A stretch of DNA of 64,000 nucleotides from an uncultured Spirochaetales bacterium (lineage in GTDB: Bacteria; Spirochaetota; Spirochaetia; SPDA01; CAYXSD01), in the NCBI GenBank assembly GCA_964466335.1, contig CAYXSD010000001.1, positions 58,601-122,600 on the forward strand, in the 5' to 3' direction. The notes beneath the pieces are model-generated. The model was not told where the DNA came from and ran no database searches. It saw only the letters and a program-made list of their open reading frames with translations. Position numbers and translations under genes: made by a program. Positions 1 through 9,484 of this stretch are shown one piece after another (the stretch's first letter is position 1; every line of letters begins with the position of its first letter).

Positions 1-1249
1 GGAAATCTTTAATGAGCTGGAGAAGAAAATCACCTCAGAGGAGGTATATCGGGAAGAGGAAGAAACAAAGCACAATATTAGGGCCCTGGTGAATGTCATA
101 AAAAGACACCTGCCGGAGGATCTTCGGCCCTTTGTTCATCTTGGAGCTACCTCCGTAGATATTCTGGATACTGCCTTTGCTCTCCGCATTCGAGACTCAC
201 TAAGGGAGGTTGTTATCCCCCTGCTATTGGATGTGGAAGAAGAGCTTGTTCGAATTGTCACAACTTACAGTGATTCCCCGCAAGTCGGCAGGACCCATGG
301 GCAGCACGCAGTTCCCATTACCCTTGGATTTGCCTTTGCAGAGTACGTTTCTCGATTGGGGAAATCAATACTGCGTTTAAAAACAAAAACGGATGATCTA
401 AGGGGAAAGCTTGCCGGTGCCGTCGGGGCATACAATGCCACTAGTCTCATGGTAAGGGACCCCGAAGATATGGAGAGGACTTTTCTCGCCTTTCTTAACC
501 TGAAACCCTCCGAACATTCCACTCAATTAGTAGAACCGGAATACCTTCTCCAGGTTCTCTTAGAGATGAATACAGCCTTTGGGATAATAGCAAACTGTGC
601 CGATGACTTGAGAAATCTTCAACGTACCGAGATTGCCGAGGTAAGGGAGTATTTCTCCTCTAAACAAGTTGGCTCATCCACCATGCCACAGAAGCGGAAT
701 CCTTGGAACAGTGAGCATATAAAGAGCCTCTGGAAGGCTTTTTCACCTAGGGTTATGACCTTTTTTATGGACCAGATATCCGAACACCAGAGAGACCTCA
801 CTAATTCCGCTTCTCAGCGGTTTATTGTAGATTACTGTGCCGGTTTTACAGCTGCTGCCGCGAGACTAAAAAAGGTCTTAAAGGGTCTCACCGTTGATTC
901 CAAGCGCTGTTCGGCAAATCTAACCACCTCCGGTTCAATGGTACTTGCAGAGCCGGTATACATTCTCCTTGCCGTTTCAGGTGATTTGGACGCCCACGAA
1001 ACCGTGCGTAAAATAACACTTGCCTGTGAGAAAAACGGACGGTCCCTGAGAGATGAATTGCAAGAACATGAGGAAATTTGGGAAAAAATTGATACAAAGC
1101 TTAAAGAGACAGTGGGATTATCGGCTATGGATTTTTTCTCATCTCCTCGTCTTTATCGAGGAAGGGCAGTAGAAAAAGCGAAAGCGTTAGCCTCGAAATA
1201 TAGTGAGATATGCAAAGAAATGAGAGGAAAAACACATGGAAATTCGTGA
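1..1249 (+). CDS. purB: adenylosuccinate lyase (5' partial; continues upstream of window)
   Basis: Frame is open from nt 2 with no stop; fumarate-lyase signature GSSTMPQKRNPWNSE and HLGATS motif; followed by guaB/purA/guaA. Confidence 0.8.
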   Translation, partial: EIFNELEKKITSEEVYREEEETKHNIRALVNVIKRHLPEDLRPFVHLGATSVDILDTAFALRIRDSLREVVIPLLLDVEEELVRIVTTYSDSPQVGRTHGQHAVPITLGFAFAEYVSRLGKSILRLKTKTDDLRGKLAGAVGAYNATSLMVRDPEDMERTFLAFLNLKPSEHSTQLVEPEYLLQVLLEMNTAFGIIANCADDLRNLQRTEIAEVREYFSSKQVGSSTMPQKRNPWNSEHIKSLWKAFSPRVMTFFMDQISEHQRDLTNSASQRFIVDYCAGFTAAAARLKKVLKGLTVDSKRCSANLTTSGSMVLAEPVYILLAVSGDLDAHETVRKITLACEKNGRSLRDELQEHEEIWEKIDTKLKETVGLSAMDFFSSPRLYRGRAVEKAKALASKYSEICKEMRGKTHGNS

Positions 1250-2675
1250 AACCCTCAGTTATGACGATGTATTACTGGTACCTACCTATTCCGATATCCA
1301 GGCGGGAGATACAGAGACCAGGACACGAATAGCTGGCAACATTCATATCAATTTACCTGTTATTTCCGCGGCCATGGACACAGTAACAGAGCAGGAAATG
1401 GCCATAGCCATTGCTTTAGAGGGAGGCGTGGGGGTCATTCATCGAAATCTGAGTCCCGCGCTTCAAGCTGAGCAGGTGGGTAAGGTAAAGAGGTTCTTAA
1501 ACTGGGTCATTGATTCGCCCATAACGGTAAGGGAGAATCAAACGGTCTTAGATGTTAGTGTTTTAATGGAACGATACAATGTTTCAGGACTACCTGTGGT
1601 TTCGGATGATCACACCCTTCTTGGCATAATTACAGGAAGGGATATGAGGTTCTGTAAGGAGTACACGAAATTGGTAAAGGATGTTATGACTCCGAAACCA
1701 GTTGTTGAAAAAGGTGTGCCGACCATCGAGAGCGCGCAAAAAAAATTCGACAGCCATAAGATTGAAAAACTTCCAGTAATAGATGATTCCGGAAAGCTGA
1801 CCGGTTTGATAACGGTAAAAGACATGGAAAAACACCAGAAGTATCCCCGGGCCACAATGGACGAGTACGGTCGTCTCTTGGTAGGGGCTGCTGTATCTCC
1901 TGTGGATTACGATACAAGAATCCCTCTTCTATTAGATAGCCGGGTAGACTTTGTGGTTATAGACACTGCTCACGGTGATTCCTATTCCGTAATAAAGGCT
2001 GTTGAGGATATTAAATCACAATTCTCTGTTCCCGTCATAGGGGGCAATGTCGCAACAGCGGAGGGTGCAAGAAGACTGATTGATGCTGGTTCAGACACAG
2101 TAAAAGTGGGCGTTGGACCTGGGTCCATCTGTACTACGAGAATTGTAGCCGGTATAGGGGTCGCCCAATTCTCCGCCGTGTATGACTGCGCAGAAGAGGC
2201 AAAGAAGCACGATATTCCTATCATTGCTGACGGGGGAATCAAGTTTTCCGGAGATCTTACCAAGGCAATTGCCGCGGGTGCCCACGCAATAATGATAGGA
2301 AATCTTCTCGCCGGTTTAAAGGAGAGTCCCGGAAGAGAAATCATTTATGAGGGAAGAATGTTTAAAGCGTACCGCGGCATGGGTTCTATGGGAGCCATAA
2401 AAGAAGGCGGGGGGGACAGGTACCAAATGAAAGAGGATGAAGAACCAGTACCCGAAGGAATCGAGGGGAGGGTACCCTACAAGGGAGAATTGGCCCCCTT
2501 TCTCAATCAGATGGTAACAGGATTACGGAAGGGTATGGCCTATTGCGGCTGTAAAAGGATTGACGAATTGCGGGAATACACGAATTTTGTTAAAATATCA
2601 CCTGCCGGTCTAAAAGAAAGCCACGCGCACGATGTATACATCACCCAGGAAGCTCCCAATTATCCCGGGAAATAA
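1236..2675 (+). CDS. guaB: IMP dehydrogenase
   Basis: 479 aa; tandem CBS domains; catalytic loop VKVGVGPGSICTTR; GGNVAT and IADGGI motifs. Confidence 0.9.
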   Translation: MEIRETLSYDDVLLVPTYSDIQAGDTETRTRIAGNIHINLPVISAAMDTVTEQEMAIAIALEGGVGVIHRNLSPALQAEQVGKVKRFLNWVIDSPITVRENQTVLDVSVLMERYNVSGLPVVSDDHTLLGIITGRDMRFCKEYTKLVKDVMTPKPVVEKGVPTIESAQKKFDSHKIEKLPVIDDSGKLTGLITVKDMEKHQKYPRATMDEYGRLLVGAAVSPVDYDTRIPLLLDSRVDFVVIDTAHGDSYSVIKAVEDIKSQFSVPVIGGNVATAEGARRLIDAGSDTVKVGVGPGSICTTRIVAGIGVAQFSAVYDCAEEAKKHDIPIIADGGIKFSGDLTKAIAAGAHAIMIGNLLAGLKESPGREIIYEGRMFKAYRGMGSMGAIKEGGGDRYQMKEDEEPVPEGIEGRVPYKGELAPFLNQMVTGLRKGMAYCGCKRIDELREYTNFVKISPAGLKESHAHDVYITQEAPNYPGK

Positions 2676-2762
2676 GGACTTTTCTACCAATAATGAAACA
2701 CCCGGCAGATGTGCAAAGAGTTTAGTGAATTATGGATACGAGTGGTAAAAAAAACAAGCGTA

Positions 2763-2800
2763 GAGGCTCTTTCAAAATTGGTTAATTTTGAAAGTGGCTG
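2763..2800. repeat. 38-bp palindromic intergenic repeat, copy 1 (GAGGCTCTTTCAAAATTGGTTAATTTTGAAAGTGGCTG)
   Basis: Identical 38-mer recurs at 27603..27640; core is an 11-bp inverted repeat CTTTCAAAATT / AATTTTGAAAG with a 4-nt spacer; lies 3' of guaB and 36 nt before the purA start. Confidence 0.85.
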
Positions 2801-2836
2801 CGTAATCGAATCTAAAACTATACATGAGGATATTCT

Positions 2837-4066
2837 ATGTACTGTGTTGTAGTAGGCGCCCAATGGGGAGATGAAGGAAAGGGGAAAATTGTCGATTTTT
2901 TAGCGAAGAAAGCAAAAACGGTAGTGCGGTTTTCCGGTGGAGCCAATGCCGGGCATACCATTGTAGCAGATGAGGAAACCTACAAACTTCATCTTGTGCC
3001 CTCCGGTGTTGTCTACCCAAAGAAAAAAGTGGTCCTCGGTTCTGCTATGGTTATTGACCCTGAGGCGCTTTTTGAGGAACTCTCCATGCTGACAGAGCGG
3101 GGAATATCCTGGGAGGGGAGGGTGCTTATCTCCGACAGGGCACACCTCGTATTACCTGCCCACAAACGAAAGGACATTGAAATTGATAAAAACCGTAAAA
3201 GACCCATTGGTACCACCGGACGAGGTATTGGGGTTACTTACTCTTGTAAGTCCTCCCGAGACGGTATAAGAATTGGAGATATGTGGGACGAGAACATGCT
3301 CGCCACTCTGGAAAACGAAGACAGAGTTTTTATAGAGAAGCACAGAGAACAATTGCAACCCATGGTCATAGATCTGGCCATGTACATGTACAAGCAAAAA
3401 GATACTTTTACCCTATTTGAAGGTGCCCAAGGAGCATTGCTGGATATAGATATCGGCACCTACCCCTATGTATCTTCGGGAAACTCCGCTGCTTCCGGGG
3501 CCTCCGTCGGTGGCGGAATTGGACCGAGAGATATCGATCGTGTACTTGGTGTTTTTAAAGCCTACACTAGCCGGGTTGGAAACGGACCCTTTCCCAGTGA
3601 ATTCACCAGTGAGAGAGACGGTGAATTAGAGGATAAAGTGCGGGAGTTGGGCCGGGAGTACGGCGTAACCACTGGGAGGCCAAGAAGATGCGGATATCTT
3701 GATTTAGTTGCCCTTAAATACGCCTGTATGACCAATTCTATCGATTCTCTCGTTCTTACCCATTTAGACGTCTACGATACCATGGATGAGATAAAGGTTT
3801 GTGCTGCCTATGACTATTCCGGGGAAACACTACATCATTTTCCTACATCAACAGATGTACTTACCAAGTGTAAACCTATTATCCAGTCCTTTAAAGGATG
3901 GAAAAAGGAAATTGTCCATTGCACTGATTTTGTCCAGCTGCCGGAAGAGGCAAAGGAGTATATAGGCTTTATTGAAGAATACACAAAAACCCCTATTGAT
4001 ATCATATCAGTGGGATACGATAGAAACCAAACCATTGTGAGAAGAGAAATTTGGACAACATCTTAA
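2837..4066 (+). CDS. purA: adenylosuccinate synthetase
   Basis: N-terminal P-loop QWGDEGKGK; GHTIV; full-length 409 aa; RBS GAGGA upstream. Confidence 0.9.
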   Translation: MYCVVVGAQWGDEGKGKIVDFLAKKAKTVVRFSGGANAGHTIVADEETYKLHLVPSGVVYPKKKVVLGSAMVIDPEALFEELSMLTERGISWEGRVLISDRAHLVLPAHKRKDIEIDKNRKRPIGTTGRGIGVTYSCKSSRDGIRIGDMWDENMLATLENEDRVFIEKHREQLQPMVIDLAMYMYKQKDTFTLFEGAQGALLDIDIGTYPYVSSGNSAASGASVGGGIGPRDIDRVLGVFKAYTSRVGNGPFPSEFTSERDGELEDKVRELGREYGVTTGRPRRCGYLDLVALKYACMTNSIDSLVLTHLDVYDTMDEIKVCAAYDYSGETLHHFPTSTDVLTKCKPIIQSFKGWKKEIVHCTDFVQLPEEAKEYIGFIEEYTKTPIDIISVGYDRNQTIVRREIWTTS

Positions 4067-5598
4067 TCTTTGATTTCGGGAGTCAGACAACTCAATTAAT
4101 CGCGCGAAGAGTGCGAGAAAGTGGTGTATACTCGGATATCGTAAGCGGCACTTCAAAAGTACAAGACCTGGATCTGTCTGAAGTAAAAGGTATTATTCTT
4201 TCCGGCTCGCCCTCCAGTGTGTATGAATCCGACGCGCCACGTTTGGACAAAGATATTTTTAGGCTTTCCGTTCCTATTCTCGGAATCTGCTATGGAATGC
4301 ATAGAATCGTTGTTGACAGGGGCGGTGAAGTAGAGGGACTTTCCAAGAAAGAGTACGGAAGGGCAAGAGTCCAGTACCTGGAGGAATCAGCCCTTTTTAA
4401 AAACATACCGGAAGATTTTGTTTCCTGGATGAGTCACGGAGACAGCGTTTCCACCACGCCAGAGGAGTTCAAGGCAATAGCCCTTTCAGAAAATCATGTT
4501 GCAGCCATTTCACACAAGGAAAAGGAATGGTACGGCATACAGTTTCATCCCGAAGTCAGCCACTGTGAATACGGAACGAAGTTGCTCTCTAACTTTGCAC
4601 AAGAAATTTGTGGAGCAAAGCAGGATTGGAACATGGACTACTACCTGGAATCTATAAGCTCTGAACTTATTCGCAAGGTAAAAGACGGGAAGGTCCTGGT
4701 GCTGATATCCGGCGGGGTGGATTCCACAGTAGCCGCCGGATTACTCCTCAATGCTATACCCAAAGAACATGTTTACCTCCTTTACATAGACACCGGTCTG
4801 ATGCGAAAGAACGAAACAACAGAGGTGGTAGAAGAGCTTAAGAAACTCGGGGCGACGCATCTCTACTGGATTGACGCCTCCCAGCGGTTCCTTCACGCAC
4901 TGAAAGGCGTCGAAGATCCTGAGAAAAAACGCGCAATCATAGGCGATCTCTTTATAACAATTCAGGAGGAAGAGGTCACTAAAAGAGGGATAACCGATGC
5001 ATTTCTCGTTCAGGGCACCCTCTACACCGACCTAATAGAATCGGGCAAGGGGGTTGGAATTCACGCAAAGGTGATAAAATCTCATCATAATGTTCGCTCT
5101 CCACTGGTAGAAAAGAAGCGTAAAAGAGGAGAGGTGATCGAGCCCCTCTCCTACCTCTATAAGGATGAGGTGAGAACTCTTGGTGAAAAAATCGGCATTA
5201 GCACCTCCACAGTAAGACGTCATCCCTTTCCTGGACCAGGTCTCGCTGTGCGGATCCTTGGTGAAGTAACCCGAGAAAAAGCTGATATTCTAAGAAATGC
5301 AGACGCTATCTTAATAGAAGAATTGAAAAAAAGAAACCTCTATAACGATATCTGGCAAGCATTTTCAGTCCTTTTACCCATTCGAAGCGTAGGAGTTACC
5401 GGTGATATGAGGAAATATGGGTGGGTCTTGGCAATACGCTGCGTATCTTCCTTCGACGGCATGACCGCAGATGTCTACCCCTTTCCCATGGACGCTCTCT
5501 TAGAAATTAGCTCGAGGATAACAAACACGGTACCTGATATCGGAAGAGTAGTCTACGATGTGTCAAGTAAACCCCCCTCTACCATAGAATGGGAATAA
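4051..5598 (+). CDS. guaA: GMP synthase (glutamine-hydrolysing), TTG start
   Basis: Class I GATase N-domain (ILGICYGMH) plus ATP-PPase SGGVDST motif and C-terminal GMP synthase dimerisation domain; 515 aa. Confidence 0.9.
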   Translation: MDNILIFDFGSQTTQLIARRVRESGVYSDIVSGTSKVQDLDLSEVKGIILSGSPSSVYESDAPRLDKDIFRLSVPILGICYGMHRIVVDRGGEVEGLSKKEYGRARVQYLEESALFKNIPEDFVSWMSHGDSVSTTPEEFKAIALSENHVAAISHKEKEWYGIQFHPEVSHCEYGTKLLSNFAQEICGAKQDWNMDYYLESISSELIRKVKDGKVLVLISGGVDSTVAAGLLLNAIPKEHVYLLYIDTGLMRKNETTEVVEELKKLGATHLYWIDASQRFLHALKGVEDPEKKRAIIGDLFITIQEEEVTKRGITDAFLVQGTLYTDLIESGKGVGIHAKVIKSHHNVRSPLVEKKRKRGEVIEPLSYLYKDEVRTLGEKIGISTSTVRRHPFPGPGLAVRILGEVTREKADILRNADAILIEELKKRNLYNDIWQAFSVLLPIRSVGVTGDMRKYGWVLAIRCVSSFDGMTADVYPFPMDALLEISSRITNTVPDIGRVVYDVSSKPPSTIEWE

Positions 5599-5631
5599 AC
5601 AAAGCGGGAACGAACGGAAAGGGAGTGAAAC

Positions 5632-5983
5632 TGGAGATGGCGGGAGTCGAACCCGCGTCCTAGAGCGCATTGCCACAGTATCTACAAGCTTAGTCAGTCC
5701 TCTATGTTCAACGAAGCAACGGTGGACCGACATACCTTACTTCGTTAGAGCCCGTTATAGTGTCTTCCCACCGCCACGGGCTTCGGCAGGAGTGAGCCCC
5801 GGTTTCTGTGAGGCACATCGGACTTCGGGACCGCATTCCGAGTACCCCCAGCAGCATGTTATGCCGCTATTGCGTAATCTGCGCTATTATCAGCAGTTAA
5901 AATTTTTTGTGACGGGTTAAGGAGACCGACACTCCGCTTGCAACCATGACTCAGTCTACCCCAGTCGAGACCGGTGCATCCCC
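5632..5983 (-). ncRNA. ssrA: tmRNA (SsrA)
   Basis: Minus-strand 5' end GGGGAUGCACCGGUCUCGAC; 3' end GGACGCGGGUUCGACUCCCGCCAUCUCCA (tRNA-like T-arm, acceptor stem pairs with the 5' GGGGAUG); internal tag ORF GCU GAU AAU AGC GCA GAU UAC GCA AUA GCG GCA UAA = ADNSADYAIAA-stop (plus coords 5859..5894); sits directly downstream of smpB. Confidence 0.85.
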
Positions 5984-5998
5984 GTCTTGGTTACGCCA

Positions 5999-6027
5999 AG
6001 TATACTACTTTTTCCCTGGGAAATCAA
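5999..6027 (-). promoter_or_regulatory. candidate sigma70-type promoter for ssrA (TTGATT-N17-TATACT on minus strand)
   Basis: Hexamers read on minus strand: -35 at 6022..6027, -10 at 5999..6004, 17-nt spacer; about 16 nt upstream of the tmRNA 5' GGGG (precursor processing expected). Confidence 0.4.
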
Positions 6028-6087
6028 TACGTATGGGATTGTAAGATTGAGGATTGAAAAATTGAGGATTCTACGTTGCAGCGAGAA

Positions 6088-6555
6088 CTATAACCGATGT
6101 CGAAGTTCTCTGTCGGCGTCACGCTTGAGATCGCGACGTTTAATATCTTCCCGCTTGTCGTAGAGTTTCTTCCCGCGGCAAAGACCTACTTCAATTTTTA
6201 CCATACCTCTTTTTAGATAAACGGAGAGGGGCACGAGAGTTAACCCCTTTTCCAGGACCTTCCGCTTCAGTCGTTTTATTTCCTGTTTGTGGACAAGGAG
6301 TTTTCTTTCTCTGTCCGGGTCGTGATTGTTAATGTTTCCCAGAGGATATTGAGAGATATGGAACCCTATTAGAAAAAGCTCCCCCTCTCTGATTCTACAG
6401 TAAGAATCGGAAAAGGACATTCTCCCGGATTTAATCGATTTTACTTCCGTCCCCTGAAGGGATATTCCGCATTCCAATTTTTCAAGAACTTCAAAATTAT
6501 AGAAAGCCTTTTTATTCTTTAATAAGAATTTTCTATTGGGGCTTTTGTCACTCAT
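6088..6555 (-). CDS. smpB: SsrA-binding protein SmpB
   Basis: 155 aa; conserved SmpB core (GTEVKSIK, KLLVHKQEI, GLTLVPLSVYLKRG) and basic C-tail; adjacent to tmRNA. Confidence 0.9.
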   Translation of the reverse strand: MSDKSPNRKFLLKNKKAFYNFEVLEKLECGISLQGTEVKSIKSGRMSFSDSYCRIREGELFLIGFHISQYPLGNINNHDPDRERKLLVHKQEIKRLKRKVLEKGLTLVPLSVYLKRGMVKIEVGLCRGKKLYDKREDIKRRDLKRDADRELRHRL

Positions 6556-6565
6556 ATCGGCCTTG

Positions 6566-8263
6566 TTACTCTTCTCGTTCCGCTATTACCGGTCTAAAAC
6601 CTAAAAAGGGGGTACACCAAGAGGGAGGTTGAGAGCCCCTCGTTGTGTATTGAATGGAATAAGGCATGTTGGCCCAGGAGCCCCCTCTTACGATCTTTTC
6701 AGCTGATAGTATATCCATAACTTCCGAACGTAATTTCTTCTTCCCGTCTTCGGAAAAGAAAAAGTAGTCTTCGTTATAGTAGCAATTCTCGCTCCACTCC
6801 CATACATTACCCAAAAGATGCAATACTTCGCCTTCGCTGCCGGGATTTTCTCCTACCGAAATAGGACCGTTAATACCGCTTTTAAACAGTTGGTCTCCAT
6901 CACCGCTGATCTCAAAACGTGAAACATATTCCCACTCCTCTTCCTGTGGTAAGCGAACTTCATAGTTGGAAAGATAGGGGGGTAAAGACCCTGTTAACCA
7001 ATCGCAGTAGGCTTTAGCTGCGTACCAAGAGACATGGGTAATGGGCAGGGTATCGGCGGCAGAGGAAGACACATCCATTTCCGGGAAGGTAGAAAGATAA
7101 TCTTTCGAAACTAGGTTCTTTGCCAATAAGCTTTTACTATTTTCTTTTCTCCACTCCGGATGTGCCTCAAGGAAATCTCTGTATTCCCCAATGGATACCT
7201 CCGTTCTTTGAATGTAAAATCGGTCCACATTAACCTTATGAGGAAAATTTTCAAAAGATAAGCTCTCTCTTTTCAATTCTTTATACTCTTCAGAAATAGG
7301 ACCCATAATAAAGGTTCCCCTCCGTACCGGGACAAATTCGCGGTTTTTGACTATAAGCCGCTGATCCTGATTTGAGCTAGCAGGTTTACCGGAATCGTCC
7401 GCCTTTTCGTTGACAGCTTCTACTAATCCAGATATGGCATTAGAGAACTCGGGAATAGCAGCGACATCGTTAGCAATTTCGCTGCTACTGAACTGTAAAG
7501 CCCAGAGGAAAAACCCTGGATATCTAGAACTCAATCGGAGAATGGTATTCAAGGAATCTAGTAAATTAGAGGAGTTCATTATTGGACCTTGGGAATTGAA
7601 GAGAAAAAAAGCGCTTACCAGGTCCTTCACCTGTCTGTTATGAGAAGTAGAGAGCAACATCGAGAAGAGTGCTTTTTCAGTCATATCTTTTCTGTCGAAG
7701 AAAGCTTCGCGTTCAGAGGTTTTGCTTTTCAGTTCAGAGTATGGTGTACGGAGAGAAAGGACCATATCTTCAGCAATGGGCGGCGGCTGATAACTTTCGT
7801 AAAATCCATCTACTAAACTCCAACTACTGTACCTTTTAACAGCATCATCTATTAATCCCCTTCCATCTTCCAGGAGGAGGAAACCCATAATGGAATCCTT
7901 CCCGGGAAAGAAAAGACTAGCGAAAATAGGTCCTTTAACAGAGATTGGAATTTCATTACTAGAAAAAAATTTTTTTCGGTACTCAACAGTGTATTCACCA
8001 GCAGGAACGAATGTGGAAAAAGGAGTAGTACCCGCGTGTTTCTCATTGATATATACAGCGGCATTGGGGACATTTGAAAAGAAACGGATTTCCCTCCCCC
8101 TGTTTGTTACACCAGGAAACAGGAGAAGAAAAAAGAGGATGAGCAAAATAATTAAACTATACAAACCGGCTAAATATAGGCCTGGTTTTATACCGAATAT
8201 GGGTTTTAACGTTACCTGTATTTCCTCGGATTCAACAGAGAGGTTCTTTCTTTTTTTGCCCAT
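6566..8263 (-). CDS. membrane-anchored protein with C-terminal formylglycine-generating-enzyme (FGE/SUMF1, DUF323) domain
   Basis: N-terminal TM helix (LYLAGLYSLIILLILFFLLLF); C-terminal HVSWYAAKAYCDWL, GNVWEW, RGGSW motifs typical of the FGE-sulfatase fold; start uncertain (ATG at 8263 or GTG at 8335, neither with a clear SD). Confidence 0.6.
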   Translation of the reverse strand: MGKKRKNLSVESEEIQVTLKPIFGIKPGLYLAGLYSLIILLILFFLLLFPGVTNRGREIRFFSNVPNAAVYINEKHAGTTPFSTFVPAGEYTVEYRKKFFSSNEIPISVKGPIFASLFFPGKDSIMGFLLLEDGRGLIDDAVKRYSSWSLVDGFYESYQPPPIAEDMVLSLRTPYSELKSKTSEREAFFDRKDMTEKALFSMLLSTSHNRQVKDLVSAFFLFNSQGPIMNSSNLLDSLNTILRLSSRYPGFFLWALQFSSSEIANDVAAIPEFSNAISGLVEAVNEKADDSGKPASSNQDQRLIVKNREFVPVRRGTFIMGPISEEYKELKRESLSFENFPHKVNVDRFYIQRTEVSIGEYRDFLEAHPEWRKENSKSLLAKNLVSKDYLSTFPEMDVSSSAADTLPITHVSWYAAKAYCDWLTGSLPPYLSNYEVRLPQEEEWEYVSRFEISGDGDQLFKSGINGPISVGENPGSEGEVLHLLGNVWEWSENCYYNEDYFFFSEDGKKKLRSEVMDILSAEKIVRGGSWANMPYSIQYTTRGSQPPSWCTPFLGFRPVIAEREE

Positions 8264-8405
8264 GGTGGAGGCATTATAGAAAGCAAGATGTCCCTTGTCA
8301 ATGTAGCGTGTTGTCTGTAGTTGTATCAAACACACTCAAACAACACTCAAACACTCTTATTGCCAACCTTCCTATGATATGATACGCTCTCTGCGTTAGA
8401 TACTC

Positions 8406-9380
8406 ATGGATGATTTTCTACATCGCCTGCAGGTTGGAACAGAACGTTTTCTCACGTGGCGCAAGCGGCGTAAAAAGCTTAGAGAAGAAAAGCAGAAGAA
8501 GAAAAACCCGGTCCTCGACTGGGTCGAAGCTTTTCTCTGGGCCGCCGCGGTTGTTCTTATTATTAACCAGTATCTCTTCCAGGCATATCAAATTCCTTCC
8601 GGTTCCATGATAGATACCCTCAATATTAAGGACAGGATTTTTGTCAATAAAGTCATTTTTGGTCCTGAACTTGTTCCCGGCATGTGGAAACTCCCCGGGT
8701 TTAAGGAACCCGAGCGTACAGAGGTCATTATCTTCGAGAACCCTACCTATCTCTCCAGGGGACCGGTATTCGACATTCTACAGCGAGTTATTTACATGGT
8801 TACCCTCTCCTTTGTGGACATCGACAAAGATGAGGAAGGAAATCCAAAAGCACATTTTCTTATTAAACGCGCGGTAGGAGTGGAAGGCGACAGGATTAAG
8901 ATGAGGGAAGGGGAAGTCTATATGAATCCGGGAGGCACAACAGGCTGGATACATGAAAAGGATTTTCGTTCTTTCCAGGGAAATGCCTACAATCCACGAC
9001 GAATGATCGATTCGGACATGTATGTGCATGTTTCCAGAGCTGGAAAAGCCCAAGCTTATGAGCAAGCATTAATTCCCCTGGATCCTAAACTCAAAGAGGC
9101 CTTGGACAATCCTGCATATACATACGCGGACCTCTATGAGTGGAATGCAATTAGATATGAGCATCTCTATAAAATATATCCCCATAATCAAAAGTACGGA
9201 GGGAACTGGAGGAAAACGTTTTTAGGATGGTATATTCCAAACGGGTGGATTTTCCCTATGGGAGACAACCGAGACAATTCCAGGGATGCCCGTTATTTTG
9301 GACCCGTCTCAAAAAAAGAAGTCTTAGGCAGGGCTATGTTTATTTATTGGCCCCTTAACAGAGCTGGAGGTATACGATAA
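8406..9380 (+). CDS. lepB: signal peptidase I (paralog 1)
   Basis: SGSM catalytic Ser box, KRAVGVEGDRI Lys box, GDNRDNSRDARYFG box E; N-terminal TM. Confidence 0.85.
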   Translation: MDDFLHRLQVGTERFLTWRKRRKKLREEKQKKKNPVLDWVEAFLWAAAVVLIINQYLFQAYQIPSGSMIDTLNIKDRIFVNKVIFGPELVPGMWKLPGFKEPERTEVIIFENPTYLSRGPVFDILQRVIYMVTLSFVDIDKDEEGNPKAHFLIKRAVGVEGDRIKMREGEVYMNPGGTTGWIHEKDFRSFQGNAYNPRRMIDSDMYVHVSRAGKAQAYEQALIPLDPKLKEALDNPAYTYADLYEWNAIRYEHLYKIYPHNQKYGGNWRKTFLGWYIPNGWIFPMGDNRDNSRDARYFGPVSKKEVLGRAMFIYWPLNRAGGIR

Positions 9381-9484
9381 ACGTACTCAGAAAGACGACG
9401 TTTTCGTCAAAGAACTATAAACCATACAGAAAACCTACCGGGTTCTCCAGCAAGATACGAAAATTCTTCCTTTTCCTTATTTTC

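Noticed and set aside
1590-2344. Several 64-120 aa ORFs antisense to guaB
   Set aside because: Embedded in a highly conserved gene on the other strand; no motif; typical shadow ORFs.
5984-6087. Direct repeat TTGAGGATT x2 near 6045-6075
   Set aside because: Short AT-rich duplication within the putative ssrA promoter region; too short to distinguish from chance.
7410-8279. Plus-strand ORFs (75-129 aa) antisense to the FGE-domain gene
   Set aside because: Shadow ORFs inside the minus-strand CDS; the compositions look like reverse-frame artefacts.
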